A stretch of 64,000 nucleotides of DNA, taken from assembly GCA_001782035.1 (NCBI GenBank), contig MFNL01000001.1, positions 148,078-212,077 of the forward strand. The letters are read 5' to 3'. The notes beneath the pieces were generated by a model. It had not been told where the DNA came from, searched no databases, and worked only from the letters and a program-made list of their open reading frames with translations. This stretch comes from Candidatus Levybacteria bacterium RIFCSPHIGHO2_01_FULL_37_17 (GTDB lineage: Bacteria; Patescibacteriota; Microgenomatia; Levybacterales; UBA12049). A program made the position numbers and the translations under genes. This document shows positions 1 through 9,543 of this stretch, one piece after another (the stretch's first letter is position 1; each line of letters begins with the position of its first letter).

Positions 1-2
1 CA

Positions 3-854
3 ATGATTTTCTTTGGTATGTATCCAAAATCAAGCAATGACTATATCCATCTTAGGGAAGCATTAAACAAGCTATCTCTAAACGATAGCTCTTTAACTTT
101 TAGCAATGAACATTCAGCATTCTTAGGAAATGGCTTTCGTGTTGGTTTTCTGGGACTTCTCCATGCGGAAATTGTCAAACAAAGGCTTACTCAAGAATTA
201 GGGGTTGAGCCTATTTTAACAATGCCGCAAGTTGATTATAAGCAACAGAATGAACAACTTTTAGAACCCTATATGGAACTTTCAGTGTTTGTTCCAGCTA
301 ATTATGTTGGAGCTGTTATGACTGTTGCGCAAGCTGGAAGAGGGAGAGTAATTGATATACAGTATCACGAGTTGAATGCAATCTTAAAATTCGAAATGCC
401 ATACGCCTCTTTTATAAGAGGTCTCTCATCAAAATTAAAAAGTGCAACCTCAGGATATGCAAGTATTGATTATAAAATTGTTGGATATAAAAACGCGGAC
501 TTGGAAAAACTGGAAGTTTTAATAAACGGCAATGTAATTGACGTGCTAACCGAAATGGTTTATGTAGATGAAAAAATACACGCAGCTAATGAAAAAGCAA
601 GAAGATTAAAAGATACACTTGATAAACAACAATTCAGGCAGATAATTCAGGTAAAAGTTGGTTCGCAAATTCTTGCAAGAGAAGAAATATCGCCATTTAG
701 GAAAGACGTCCTTGCGAAAATGTCCGGAGGGGATAGAACCCGAAAAGACAAATTATTAGAGGCACAGAAAAAAGGAAAACACAAATTGGTCAGTATTTCA
801 AAAGTTCAAATTCCACAAAATTCACTGGTCGATTTGATTAAGGGAAATTTTTAA
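3..854 (+). CDS. lepA: Elongation factor 4 (LepA), C-terminal part; the 5' end lies upstream of the window
   Basis: The translated C-terminal region matches the LepA-specific C-terminal domain (…SGGDRTRKDKLLEAQKKGKHKLVSISKVQIPQNSLVDLIK). The ORF is open to the window edge. Confidence 0.85.
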   Translation: MIFFGMYPKSSNDYIHLREALNKLSLNDSSLTFSNEHSAFLGNGFRVGFLGLLHAEIVKQRLTQELGVEPILTMPQVDYKQQNEQLLEPYMELSVFVPANYVGAVMTVAQAGRGRVIDIQYHELNAILKFEMPYASFIRGLSSKLKSATSGYASIDYKIVGYKNADLEKLEVLINGNVIDVLTEMVYVDEKIHAANEKARRLKDTLDKQQFRQIIQVKVGSQILAREEISPFRKDVLAKMSGGDRTRKDKLLEAQKKGKHKLVSISKVQIPQNSLVDLIKGNF

Positions 855-1990
855 AGTGCAAGTAGAACTACGGCACCAATCAAAAACAGCAAGGCTCCTA
901 ATGCGCCAACTGCAATAATACTACCAGTTGGTCCGGTTGGCGGGAGGGGAGAGGGAGCGGCCTCGGTGGGGGTTGATGAAACGGTCGAAGCTTGGCCGAC
1001 AAGAATTGTCGCACTGCATCCATTATTTGTTACATTGCCATCTTCATCTGTTAATGTTGCTTTTGCAGAAAAAGTGCCGGAGGTTGCATAAGTGTGGGAA
1101 ACCAAAACAGACACTGCATCTGTTCCAACCCCTCCGGCATCGGTTACATCTTGTGTGTTTGAGTCACCAAAATCAAATGAAACCTTAGTAATTGCCGATG
1201 AGCTACTTGAGCCAACTGCCGTTAGGTTAACCGAAAAAGGAGCAGTGCCTAAAGTATTAGGATCTACCGTTAGGCTCTCGCAAATAAGCTCTCCACTTGA
1301 AAGCTGAGCACTTTCCGACGCAGAGCCCGAAGAGGTAGAAATGGGCGTAGGAGTTAAAGCAATAATTGTTGGAGTAACAGTGGGAGTCAGCGTTGGGGTT
1401 GAAGATGGAGTATCTTGAGTTACAGTTATATTTGCAGGCGCAGATGAGGAAAGCACATTTACAACATTTTGCCCAGCTGATAAAACTTGAGTTTGGTTTG
1501 CGAATATTACCTGTGTAGGGACATCCTGTTCTGTTGGCGCAATAGTATTAAAAGTTACGGTTGCGATTTTAGTTTTGGTAGAAATAAGATTTTGAGGATT
1601 AGTTCCAAGATTTATAGCAAATGAAATGGCATTGGGCGTATATTCAACTGCCTTAGCAAGGCTTGGGGTAAAAGTTGTTCCATCCGAAACAGTCCAAGAA
1701 TTTATTTTTACGCCTCCCGAGGCCGTAGCAAGCTTTGTTGAATCATAAGAGAGTATGATTTTGATGTAACTTATCGCATTTGTATTACTAGGATCTACAA
1801 AAATATCCAAGTCTGTATTTTGCCCAAGCTTAACGGAAGGACTAGTAGGAGAAAAAGAAAGAGTTGTGGCAGCAACAGCAGAGCTTTGGGTCGTCTGTTG
1901 CTGTTTTACAAGATAAACTGTTATTGGGATTGCGAGCAAAAGGACAAAAATAAACCCTGAAAGTAGCAATTTTTTGGCTGATAAGTGCAT
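851..1990 (-). CDS. Secreted Ser/Thr-rich surface protein with a PKD-like domain and a C-terminal LPPTG motif plus hydrophobic segment (putative sortase substrate)
   Basis: It has an N-terminal signal/TM helix and long S/T/P-rich linkers. A PKD-like stretch (SFDFGDS…HTYATSGTFSAKATLTDEDGN) is present. The C-terminus is PLPPTGPTG followed by a 22-aa hydrophobic stretch. Confidence 0.6.
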   Translation of the reverse strand: MHLSAKKLLLSGFIFVLLLAIPITVYLVKQQQTTQSSAVAATTLSFSPTSPSVKLGQNTDLDIFVDPSNTNAISYIKIILSYDSTKLATASGGVKINSWTVSDGTTFTPSLAKAVEYTPNAISFAINLGTNPQNLISTKTKIATVTFNTIAPTEQDVPTQVIFANQTQVLSAGQNVVNVLSSSAPANITVTQDTPSSTPTLTPTVTPTIIALTPTPISTSSGSASESAQLSSGELICESLTVDPNTLGTAPFSVNLTAVGSSSSSAITKVSFDFGDSNTQDVTDAGGVGTDAVSVLVSHTYATSGTFSAKATLTDEDGNVTNNGCSATILVGQASTVSSTPTEAAPSPLPPTGPTGSIIAVGALGALLFLIGAVVLLAL

Positions 1991-2033
1991 ATTCTAAGTG
2001 TATGGATTTAGCTTATGGGTGTCAAGAAAACGG

Positions 2034-2089
2034 TTGACAAAAAAAAACTTATGATGTATAAATAAGCAGTCGCTTTTACTGAGTGATAT
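2034..2089 (+). promoter_or_regulatory. groES-groEL promoter (TTGACA-N17-TATAAA) followed by a degenerate CIRCE-like operator (TAAGCAGTC-N9-GAGTGATAT)
   Basis: The hexamers were read directly from the sequence. The operator matches the CIRCE consensus TTAGCACTC-N9-GAGTGCTAA at 7/9 plus 7/9 positions and sits at the expected place between the -10 box and groES. Confidence 0.4.
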
Positions 2090-2103
2090 TTTTTAGGCTA
2101 AAT

Positions 2104-2400
2104 ATGGCAAAAATTAATCTAAAACCTTTATTTGATAACGTTCTGATTAAACCTCTTGAAGCGGAAGAAAAAACCGCATCCGGTATTATTTTGCCCGACA
2201 GCGCTAAGGAAAAACCACAGATGGGACTTGTTGTGGCTGCCGGACCGGGGAGAATTTTGCCAAAGGGCGAAAAAGAGGAAATGGTTGTGAAAGTAGGGCA
2301 AAAAGTTATGTATAAAAAATGGGGAGGAGACGAAGTAAAAAGCAACGGAGAAGAGTATATGATGGTAAAACAATCAGATATATTAGCAATTTTAGAATAA
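2104..2400 (+). CDS. groES: Co-chaperonin GroES (10 kDa chaperonin)
   Basis: The GroES family sequence begins at [32 protein letters not shown]. The first in-frame ATG is at 2104, whereas the ORF-track start at 2083 is not ATG-supported. Confidence 0.93.
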   Translation: MAKINLKPLFDNVLIKPLEAEEKTASGIILPDSAKEKPQMGLVVAAGPGRILPKGEKEEMVVKVGQKVMYKKWGGDEVKSNGEEYMMVKQSDILAILE

Positions 2401-2401
2401 T

Positions 2402-4042
2402 ATGGCAAAAAAAATATTATACGCTCAAGAAGCGAGACAAAAATTACAAAGTGGAGTAGATCAATTGGCTAAAGCAGTAGCAACAACTCTTGGTCCAAAG
2501 GGAAGAAATGTAGCCCTCGACAAAAAATGGGGGTCTCCTAACGTTATCCACGACGGAGTAACTGTTGCAAAAGAAATAGAGCTAAAAGACCCCTTTGAGA
2601 ATATGGGAGCACAACTTGTTAAAGAAGCAGCTAGTAAAACTAATGATGTGGCTGGAGATGGAACTACTACTGCGACCGTATTAGCACAGGCAATTGTTGA
2701 CGAGGGATTAAAAAACATAACTGCAGGAGCCAATCCAATGCTTCTGAAAAAAGGACTAGAAGAAGCAAGTAGAGCAGTTGTTGATTTTATCAAAAGTAAA
2801 GCTAAAACAATTAATATAAAGAACAATGCGGAAATTTCTCAAATAGCAACTATTTCAGCAGGTGATGAAGAGATTGGTACATTGGTTGCAGAGGCTCTCC
2901 AGAAGGTAGGTGGAAAAGATGGAGTTGTTTCCGTTGAAGAAGGAAGAGGATTAACCACAGAAAAAGAATATAAAGAAGGAATGGAGTTTGATAAAGGATA
3001 TGCATCTGCTTATTTTGTAACTAACGCCGACAGGATGACCGCAGAAATTGAGGAACCATACATTCTTATTACCGATAAAAAGGTTTCAAATCTGCAGGAA
3101 TTACTTCCATTTCTTGAGAATTTAGTAAAAGTTTCTAAAAATTTGGTAATTATTGCAGACGATATAGATGGAGAAGCGTTGGCTCTTCTGGTTGTTAATA
3201 AACTTAAAGGTGCGTTTAATTCTTTGGCAGTTAAGGCCCCTGGATTTGGAGACAGAAGAAAAGAAATGCTGGAAGATATAGCAATTTTAACTGGTGCAAC
3301 AGTAATAAGCGAGGATACCGGAAGAAAATTCGATAGCGTTACAATCGAAGATTGTGGAAGAGCGGACAAGGTATGGTCGGATAAAGATAATACTAGAATT
3401 ATTGGGGGCAAAGGAAGCAAACAAGCTATAGAGGCAAGAATATCTCAAATCAGAAGAGAAATGGAAATTACTACCTCAGATTTTGATAAAGAAAAACTCC
3501 AAGAAAGATTAGCAAAATTAACAGGAGGAGTGGCAGTGATAAACGTTGGAGCTGCAACAGAAGTAGAGATGAAAGAAAAGAAAGAAAGAGTTATTGATGC
3601 AGTAGCTGCAACAAAGTCAGCGCTAGAAGAGGGAATAGTACCTGGTGGAGGGGTAATCCTTCTTGAATCAATAAAAGTCTTGGATCCCAAACTTCTCAAA
3701 CATATCCCAGGTGATAGCGATCAGGCTACGGGTGTAAATATTTTAAGGAAAGCTTTGGAATTTCCAACTAGAAAGCTTGCTGAAAATGCAGGCGTAAATG
3801 GAGATGTTGTAATAGATAACATAAACAAAAATGAAGCTGGGTTTGGGTATGATGTATTGACTGGTTCTTATGTTAATATGATAGAGCGTGGAATTATTGA
3901 TCCAGCTAAAGTAACTAGGTCTGCCGTTGAAAATGCCGTATCTGTAGCCAGTATGATTCTTACGACAGAGAGTTTAATTACAGATGAGCCTGAAGAAAAG
4001 AAAGAAACCCCCGGAATGCCGCCCGGTGGCATGGACTACTAA
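2402..4042 (+). CDS. groEL: Chaperonin GroEL (60 kDa)
   Basis: The full-length GroEL signature is present ([36 protein letters not shown]), and the C-terminus is a GGM-like [10 protein letters not shown]. Confidence 0.97.
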   Translation: MAKKILYAQEARQKLQSGVDQLAKAVATTLGPKGRNVALDKKWGSPNVIHDGVTVAKEIELKDPFENMGAQLVKEAASKTNDVAGDGTTTATVLAQAIVDEGLKNITAGANPMLLKKGLEEASRAVVDFIKSKAKTINIKNNAEISQIATISAGDEEIGTLVAEALQKVGGKDGVVSVEEGRGLTTEKEYKEGMEFDKGYASAYFVTNADRMTAEIEEPYILITDKKVSNLQELLPFLENLVKVSKNLVIIADDIDGEALALLVVNKLKGAFNSLAVKAPGFGDRRKEMLEDIAILTGATVISEDTGRKFDSVTIEDCGRADKVWSDKDNTRIIGGKGSKQAIEARISQIRREMEITTSDFDKEKLQERLAKLTGGVAVINVGAATEVEMKEKKERVIDAVAATKSALEEGIVPGGGVILLESIKVLDPKLLKHIPGDSDQATGVNILRKALEFPTRKLAENAGVNGDVVIDNINKNEAGFGYDVLTGSYVNMIERGIIDPAKVTRSAVENAVSVASMILTTESLITDEPEEKKETPGMPPGGMDY

Positions 4043-4068
4043 ACCCCTCATAAGTTATAATAGTTTGC

Positions 4069-4908
4069 GTGAGAAAGATTCTATTTGTTTTTGGCTGTAT
4101 CCTTCTTGCCCTCCTTATTTTCTTTATCCTGGTATTCGTTGTAAATAAAAGACCTGAAAAAGGCGCTCTTCAGGTAACATCTTCTCCGGCATCAGAAGTT
4201 TACTTAAATGACAAACATATAGGAAAAACTCCGCTTTGTCTTTGCCAGGGAAATAATATGGTGGATGTTGGGGATTATACAATTAAATTAGTACCAACAA
4301 GCGGAGACTTTGAACCATTCCAGAATAAAATAACTGTCACACAAAAAATATTAACGGTCGTGGATAGAAGTTTTGCTCAAACAGCCTTAGCTCAAGCATC
4401 AATAATTACTCTTAAAGAAATAGAAGATAAAAAACAAGCACAGATTAGTATTGTTACTTTTCCATCGGGGGCTGATGCTTATCTTGATAATAATTTAGTC
4501 GGACACGCACCAATCTTACTTAAAAATGTAACAGAATCAGACCATGAAATAAAAGTTTCTAAATCCGGATATAAGGAAAAAAGTATAAGAGTAAGAGCAC
4601 TTTTAGGATATAGGCTTGATTCTATAATTTATTTGGGAGTAGACCCAAATGCCGCTGAGGAAAGTGAGCAAGAGGCAACTCCATCCGCATCTCTTACCAC
4701 CGGACAAAAATTAATAATTCAAGATACGCCAACGGGATTTCTACGAGTTAGAGAAACGCCATCTACAAGCGCAAATGAAGTTGGGAGAGTAAATCCGGGA
4801 GAAGAATATGAATTACTTGATGAGCAAAACGGTTGGTACCAAATAAAATTAAAAGACGGAAAGACAACAGGTTGGGTAAGCGGGCAATATGCTAAAAAGC
4901 AGGGCTAG
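4069..4908 (+). CDS. Membrane-anchored protein with two PEGA-like domains and a C-terminal bacterial SH3 (SH3b) domain
   Basis: The gene begins with a GTG start and an N-terminal TM helix. PEGA-like repeats are present (SSPASEVYLNDKHIGKTPL; SGADAYLDNNLVGHAPILL). An SH3b-like C-terminus follows (GFLRVRETPS…GWYQIKLKDGKTTGWVSGQY). Confidence 0.6.
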   Translation: MRKILFVFGCILLALLIFFILVFVVNKRPEKGALQVTSSPASEVYLNDKHIGKTPLCLCQGNNMVDVGDYTIKLVPTSGDFEPFQNKITVTQKILTVVDRSFAQTALAQASIITLKEIEDKKQAQISIVTFPSGADAYLDNNLVGHAPILLKNVTESDHEIKVSKSGYKEKSIRVRALLGYRLDSIIYLGVDPNAAEESEQEATPSASLTTGQKLIIQDTPTGFLRVRETPSTSANEVGRVNPGEEYELLDEQNGWYQIKLKDGKTTGWVSGQYAKKQG

Positions 4909-5848
4909 GTCCAACGAAATAAATTATAAGAATAACAAGCAATACCCAGATTATTACATCTAATAAAAGTGGAATATCCGAAAGCAAAACCCTTTCCGGA
5001 GACTCGCCTTCGTTCTTTTCATAGATATCCTGTAAATATCTCATAAGTCCATAGACAACCGGAATAATAGTTATCATTAGCCATTTCCTTTCTATAAAAG
5101 AGGAAAAAGTGTCCGGCAATAAAATATTCAAGTTTAATCTGAATCCTCCCGGATTTTCCAAAAAAGTAAAAAGCGAATAAGCAACAAAGGTAGATGTCGC
5201 AAAAATAGATGCATAAACGTCGAGCAGCCTATCGGAATAGTGAGAAAGTGATTTTCTTGTCGCAGCAATGTTTGTACCTTTAGTTCCAGAAAGGAGTGTA
5301 AGCTCGGACCTTCTTTTTCCAACCGCAAGAAATAGAGAAATAGATATTGTTGTAAGAAGAAGCCATACTGATATATGGTATCCGCTTGCAAATTCTCCGC
5401 CATAGACCCGCAATATATAACCCGATGCAATAGCCAAAATATCTAAAACTGCGATAGACTTAATAAAGGATGAATATAAAAACTGAATAACTAAATATAA
5501 AAGACAGACTGCAAAAAAAGTTGGTGCAATAAACTTTGCTAAAAGGAGAGATCCTGCAATTAAAAAAATTGCAAAACTAAATCCGAATGAAAGTGGAATT
5601 TCCCCGCTAGCCAAGGGTCTAAATTTTTTAAAAGGATGAAGTTTATCTTTTTTTACATCAAAAATATCATTTATAATATAGGTGGCGCTCGAAAGTCCGC
5701 AAAAGGCTACAAATGCTAGTATTACATTCCACAAAACGGGCGTGTTAAACAATTCCCCGGCGAAAGTAATTGCAGCAAAAAGAGCAAAATTTTTAATCCA
5801 CTGTCTTGGACGAAGCAGCCTTAAAATGTTATAAAGAACTTTTATCAT
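4892..5848 (-). CDS. UbiA-family prenyltransferase, decaprenyl-phosphate phosphoribosyltransferase-like
   Basis: It is a polytopic membrane protein with LRPRQWIKN and NDIFDVKKD (the NDxxDxxxD motif typical of UbiA / DPPR synthase-like enzymes). Confidence 0.75.
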   Translation of the reverse strand: MIKVLYNILRLLRPRQWIKNFALFAAITFAGELFNTPVLWNVILAFVAFCGLSSATYIINDIFDVKKDKLHPFKKFRPLASGEIPLSFGFSFAIFLIAGSLLLAKFIAPTFFAVCLLYLVIQFLYSSFIKSIAVLDILAIASGYILRVYGGEFASGYHISVWLLLTTISISLFLAVGKRRSELTLLSGTKGTNIAATRKSLSHYSDRLLDVYASIFATSTFVAYSLFTFLENPGGFRLNLNILLPDTFSSFIERKWLMITIIPVVYGLMRYLQDIYEKNEGESPERVLLSDIPLLLDVIIWVLLVILIIYFVGPSPAF

Positions 5849-6905
5849 CGAACCGTTTTATCAGAATATGCAAAAATAGAATTGCGCCAAAAGCAATTAT
5901 TACTAGCATTATTATAGCAAAAAGTTTTCCCTTACTTGATAGTACTAAAGCTAAACTTCCCAAGGCCGCAGAAACAATCCAGTAAAATAGAGCTACTCTT
6001 TTTTGTCCCATACCTAAGCTTAAAAGCAAATGGTGCAAATGTTTTTTATCATGCCAAAAAGGGGATCTACCAGATAAGACTCTTCGTATAATCGTAAACA
6101 AACCGTCTGTCATAGGAATTCCCATTACCAAAATTGCAGTTGCTAGTTTTGCGCTGGACAGTATTGACGCAACAGCTAAAAGCAGATATATAGCTGTTGC
6201 TCCATAGCCTGGAAAAATTTTTGCTGGGTAATAGTTATAAATTAAAAACCCAAGTGATGCGCCGGCGATTATAAAAGACAAAGTTGCTGCAGTTAAACTA
6301 GTTTGATCCAATACAGAAAACCTCAAACTTAAAATTCCAATCACTACAGCTGATATAGCTACAATTCCCGGCATTTGTCCATCAACGCCCTTGCTCCAAT
6401 TTAACATGTTCATTACCCAGACAATCCATAATACCGCGATTATGGCGGAGACAGAAGAGAATGGGAAAGGTAAAAATGGTATCGTTATTTGATTTAAGAA
6501 TAAAATTCCGCCAAAAGGATTAGTTATAAAAGAAACGCTTGCCCCGCTATAGACCACAATTATTGCGGAGAATATATTTACCAAAAACCGACTATAGGGA
6601 GAAATGTCATATTTATCATCAATTACACCAACAATCAGTGAAATAAATGCTGCAAAAAAGATAGACGCTATAAGATTTGTAAAAGGAATGAAAATAAGAC
6701 TTGCTAAAAACACTCCTATAAACAGAGGTATTCCACCGCCTCGGGGTATTGGTTTTTCATGTATAATTGCAGGGTGTTTGTGAACTCTTGGATCATCCAT
6801 GACTTTATATTTCCCCAAGAAAAATAAAGATATAGGTACAGCTACCGCCGTAATAATTAGAGATGCAAGCAGTGGGAGTATGATTACAAAATTAAAATTA
6901 AACAT
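5829..6905 (-). CDS. Glycosyltransferase family 4, MraY/WecA-like polyprenyl-phosphate sugar-1-phosphate transferase
   Basis: It has about ten TM helices. It carries a DDxxD-like VGVIDDKYD, an NMLNWSKGVDGQMPG (NxxNxxDGxDGL-like) motif and a cytoplasmic PRGGGIP. Confidence 0.8.
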   Translation of the reverse strand: MFNFNFVIILPLLASLIITAVAVPISLFFLGKYKVMDDPRVHKHPAIIHEKPIPRGGGIPLFIGVFLASLIFIPFTNLIASIFFAAFISLIVGVIDDKYDISPYSRFLVNIFSAIIVVYSGASVSFITNPFGGILFLNQITIPFLPFPFSSVSAIIAVLWIVWVMNMLNWSKGVDGQMPGIVAISAVVIGILSLRFSVLDQTSLTAATLSFIIAGASLGFLIYNYYPAKIFPGYGATAIYLLLAVASILSSAKLATAILVMGIPMTDGLFTIIRRVLSGRSPFWHDKKHLHHLLLSLGMGQKRVALFYWIVSAALGSLALVLSSKGKLFAIIMLVIIAFGAILFLHILIKRFDDKSSL

Positions 6906-7258
6906 TAAATTAGAAGCAAAAGCTTAACAATTAAAAGTAAATTCATAACTGCAATGGTCAAGGTTATAGAAGCTACAATTCTTGCAAGAAGAGGATTATT
7001 TTTAACGTAAAGAAATGACGCAAAGCTGAAATTTAATATAAACACTATCATAAATAGAGCACTTGGAATAAAGATGCCGGGTGTTTCAGAAAGACGAGAG
7101 TCTCCCCAAGGCATCTGATTGAAAATGGGAACATAGGGAGGTAGATTTACGTAATTTATTAAAATCAGAATTATCGTAAATACACCAACAAGAAGTGAGG
7201 ATAAAAATATATTAAAAGTTATTCCATCGCGCCTTACGCTTTTAATGAATTCTTTCAT
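6905..7258 (-). CDS. Small integral membrane protein, hypothetical
   Basis: It has three predicted TM helices and overlaps the stop codon of the upstream gene by 1 nt inside the glycan operon. Confidence 0.4.
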   Translation of the reverse strand: MKEFIKSVRRDGITFNIFLSSLLVGVFTIILILINYVNLPPYVPIFNQMPWGDSRLSETPGIFIPSALFMIVFILNFSFASFLYVKNNPLLARIVASITLTIAVMNLLLIVKLLLLI

Positions 7259-8752
7259 TTATATTTTTTCAGTGACCTTATATTCCAATCTTTTCCCTAA
7301 CATCAGCTGGGTATGGGAAATAAGAGCAGGCAAGGCTGAAAGAAAAAAACCGACAAATGGAAGAAGTAGAAATTCAAACGGAAAAAAAACAAGTCGTTTC
7401 TTTGAGGCTCTGTGATGTTTTTCCCTTGTTCGGTAATCAATTATAAACATAACAGCCGTTGTGATAACAGTGAGGGTCAGAATAAACCCTGCTATCTTTG
7501 GTAGGTTATATCCTAAAGCGGTCCTAGTAAAAACGGGATTAATAAATGGCATAACATTTGCTGCAATGGTTATAATAAACCAGTTGACTGGCCAAAGAGT
7601 ATGATCCACTAAAACATTTATTAACATGACAGTCTTTTTGAAAAAAGGAACATTTGGAACGGTAAGCCACCATTTTATAAAAAGTGGATCATCCGATGCA
7701 CCCCAGCTCCAGCGTCTCTCTTGATGATATTTATTTTTTAAAGATCCAATATAAGAAGAGGAAAGGGGAGCATCCATTGAGGTTTTCAAAAATATTGGTT
7801 GAACACTTACTTTACCCTGTTTTTTATAAAAGGCTTTAAAGAAAATTCTGTAATCTTCGGGAATTACATCAGTATCCCAAAAGCCTATTTCTCGCAATAG
7901 TTTTAAAGATAAAGAATAAGTAGAATTTGAAATTAATCTATCTTTTTGGACAAGCAAAGCCATTCTCCATAAGCTTCCAAAAAAGGTAATAATTCTTGTG
8001 GGAGCTGGAACTTTCCAAAAATTATTGTAATAAACGTTGGCCGATTGGTAAAATTTATTATGTCTCTCACTATCTCTTAAAAATTCGAAAGAAAGATAAG
8101 AGAAGTACTGTCTGTCAAAAATAGAGTCTGCGTCAACTGAGGAAATGGTTGTAAAATTTTCATCGACTACTTTATCAGTAACCAATTTTTTATAGGCGAT
8201 TTTTGCAGCATAGGATTCATTGCTTGATTTGCCTTTTACTTCACCCACGATGTCGGGATGGAAAGTAGCAGAAATAGATCCGAATTTTCCTTCGAATTCT
8301 GCAATTAAAGATTTTGCTTTTATTTTTGCGCCAGACTCTCTTTTTTCCATTGCTAAAACTACATGGAGACGTTCTGTTGGAAAAGTTTGATTAAATAAGC
8401 TTTCTATACCTGGTTTTATCTTGTCGGCAGATTCCGTGTAGTTTGGAATTATAACGATGTGTGACATTTTTTCAAAATTTTCTAGCGGCTTTGCGATAAA
8501 TAGCCAGTCTTTTTTCTCAGCCTCTTTTATTTTTCTTGAAGCAATAAACGCAGTCGCAGCCAGCGTAAATGATTTATAAAACCAATAAACGTCAAAGAAA
8601 AGAATAAAGTAAGCAACAACCAAGGGAATGAAAAAGCTTCCCCAGACAGGAAATAAAATAAGAAACCAAGCTAAGGTACCAGGCATCATCTCCAGCGCCC
8701 TATGTGTCTTAACCGGATAGGTTCTAAAAATTCTGTCAAAAAAATTTGTCAT
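7259..8752 (-). CDS. Processive family-2 glycosyltransferase (cellulose-synthase-like) membrane protein
   Basis: The D, DxD (SVDADSIF) and QxxRW (QERRWSWGA) motifs lie between N- and C-terminal TM bundles. Confidence 0.75.
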   Translation of the reverse strand: MTNFFDRIFRTYPVKTHRALEMMPGTLAWFLILFPVWGSFFIPLVVAYFILFFDVYWFYKSFTLAATAFIASRKIKEAEKKDWLFIAKPLENFEKMSHIVIIPNYTESADKIKPGIESLFNQTFPTERLHVVLAMEKRESGAKIKAKSLIAEFEGKFGSISATFHPDIVGEVKGKSSNESYAAKIAYKKLVTDKVVDENFTTISSVDADSIFDRQYFSYLSFEFLRDSERHNKFYQSANVYYNNFWKVPAPTRIITFFGSLWRMALLVQKDRLISNSTYSLSLKLLREIGFWDTDVIPEDYRIFFKAFYKKQGKVSVQPIFLKTSMDAPLSSSYIGSLKNKYHQERRWSWGASDDPLFIKWWLTVPNVPFFKKTVMLINVLVDHTLWPVNWFIITIAANVMPFINPVFTRTALGYNLPKIAGFILTLTVITTAVMFIIDYRTREKHHRASKKRLVFFPFEFLLLPFVGFFLSALPALISHTQLMLGKRLEYKVTEKI

Positions 8753-9543
8753 AGATTAAAAACATTACCCGCATTTTTAGTTGTAACTCTGTCAATCTCA
8801 CTAAAAGAAACACCTTTAAGTTGGGCTATGTATTTAGCTGTTATTATAACATAGCTAGGCTCATTCCTACTACCTCTGTGGGGAATTGGAGAAAGAAAAG
8901 GCGCATCTGTTTCTACGACTAATTTATTAAGTGGAGTTCTTTTTAATAGTTCGAAAAGGGCAATAACTTCTCCTTTGGCAATTCCTTCGTATGTTATATT
9001 TCCATCGAAACCGATATAAAATCCCAGATCCAAAACTTCTTTCAAAACTTGAAAATCCGATGCAAAACAATGAAACATTCCCGGAATATTTCTTAATGAA
9101 TTTTTGTATTTTTTTAGACTCTTAACAACATCTTTACCTGCTTGTCTATTATGTATTTGGAGTGGTACATTTTTATTTATTGCAATTTTAATTTGTGTTT
9201 CAAAAACCTCCTTCTGTAAGTTTGAATCTACAATTCCGTTAGATGCATAACTGTAATAATCAAGGCCTATTTCCCCGATTGCTAAAACTTTTGGTTGTTC
9301 CAATAATTTTTCAATTTGCCTCTCCCAACCCTTGCTTAATTTGTCGGCATGATGCGGATGAATTCCGACAATTGCATAAAGCTCCTCATATTTTTGGGCT
9401 AGTTCAACGGCTTTTTTACTTGATTCCAAAGAGGTGCCGACATTTATTATTTTTTTAACGCCACTTTTTTTTGCTCTTTCCAAGACCTCCTCTAAATCGT
9501 TTTCAAAAGCCTTGAAATTTAAATGGCAATGGACATCTATCAT
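8749..9543 (-). CDS. tatD: TatD-family metal-dependent hydrolase/DNase
   Basis: The N-terminal IDVHCHL signature and the TatD fold length of 264 aa are present. Confidence 0.85.
   Translation of the reverse strand: MIDVHCHLNFKAFENDLEEVLERAKKSGVKKIINVGTSLESSKKAVELAQKYEELYAIVGIHPHHADKLSKGWERQIEKLLEQPKVLAIGEIGLDYYSYASNGIVDSNLQKEVFETQIKIAINKNVPLQIHNRQAGKDVVKSLKKYKNSLRNIPGMFHCFASDFQVLKEVLDLGFYIGFDGNITYEGIAKGEVIALFELLKRTPLNKLVVETDAPFLSPIPHRGSRNEPSYVIITAKYIAQLKGVSFSEIDRVTTKNAGNVFNL

Noticed and set aside
928-1307. Plus-strand ORFs (928..1188, 1092..1307) inside the minus-strand surface-protein gene
   Set aside because: They are antisense to a well-supported long CDS. Their translations are low-complexity Arg/Leu/His-rich with no coding signature.
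2076-2408. Minus-strand ORFs overlapping groES
   Set aside because: They are antisense to a highly conserved gene and are spurious.
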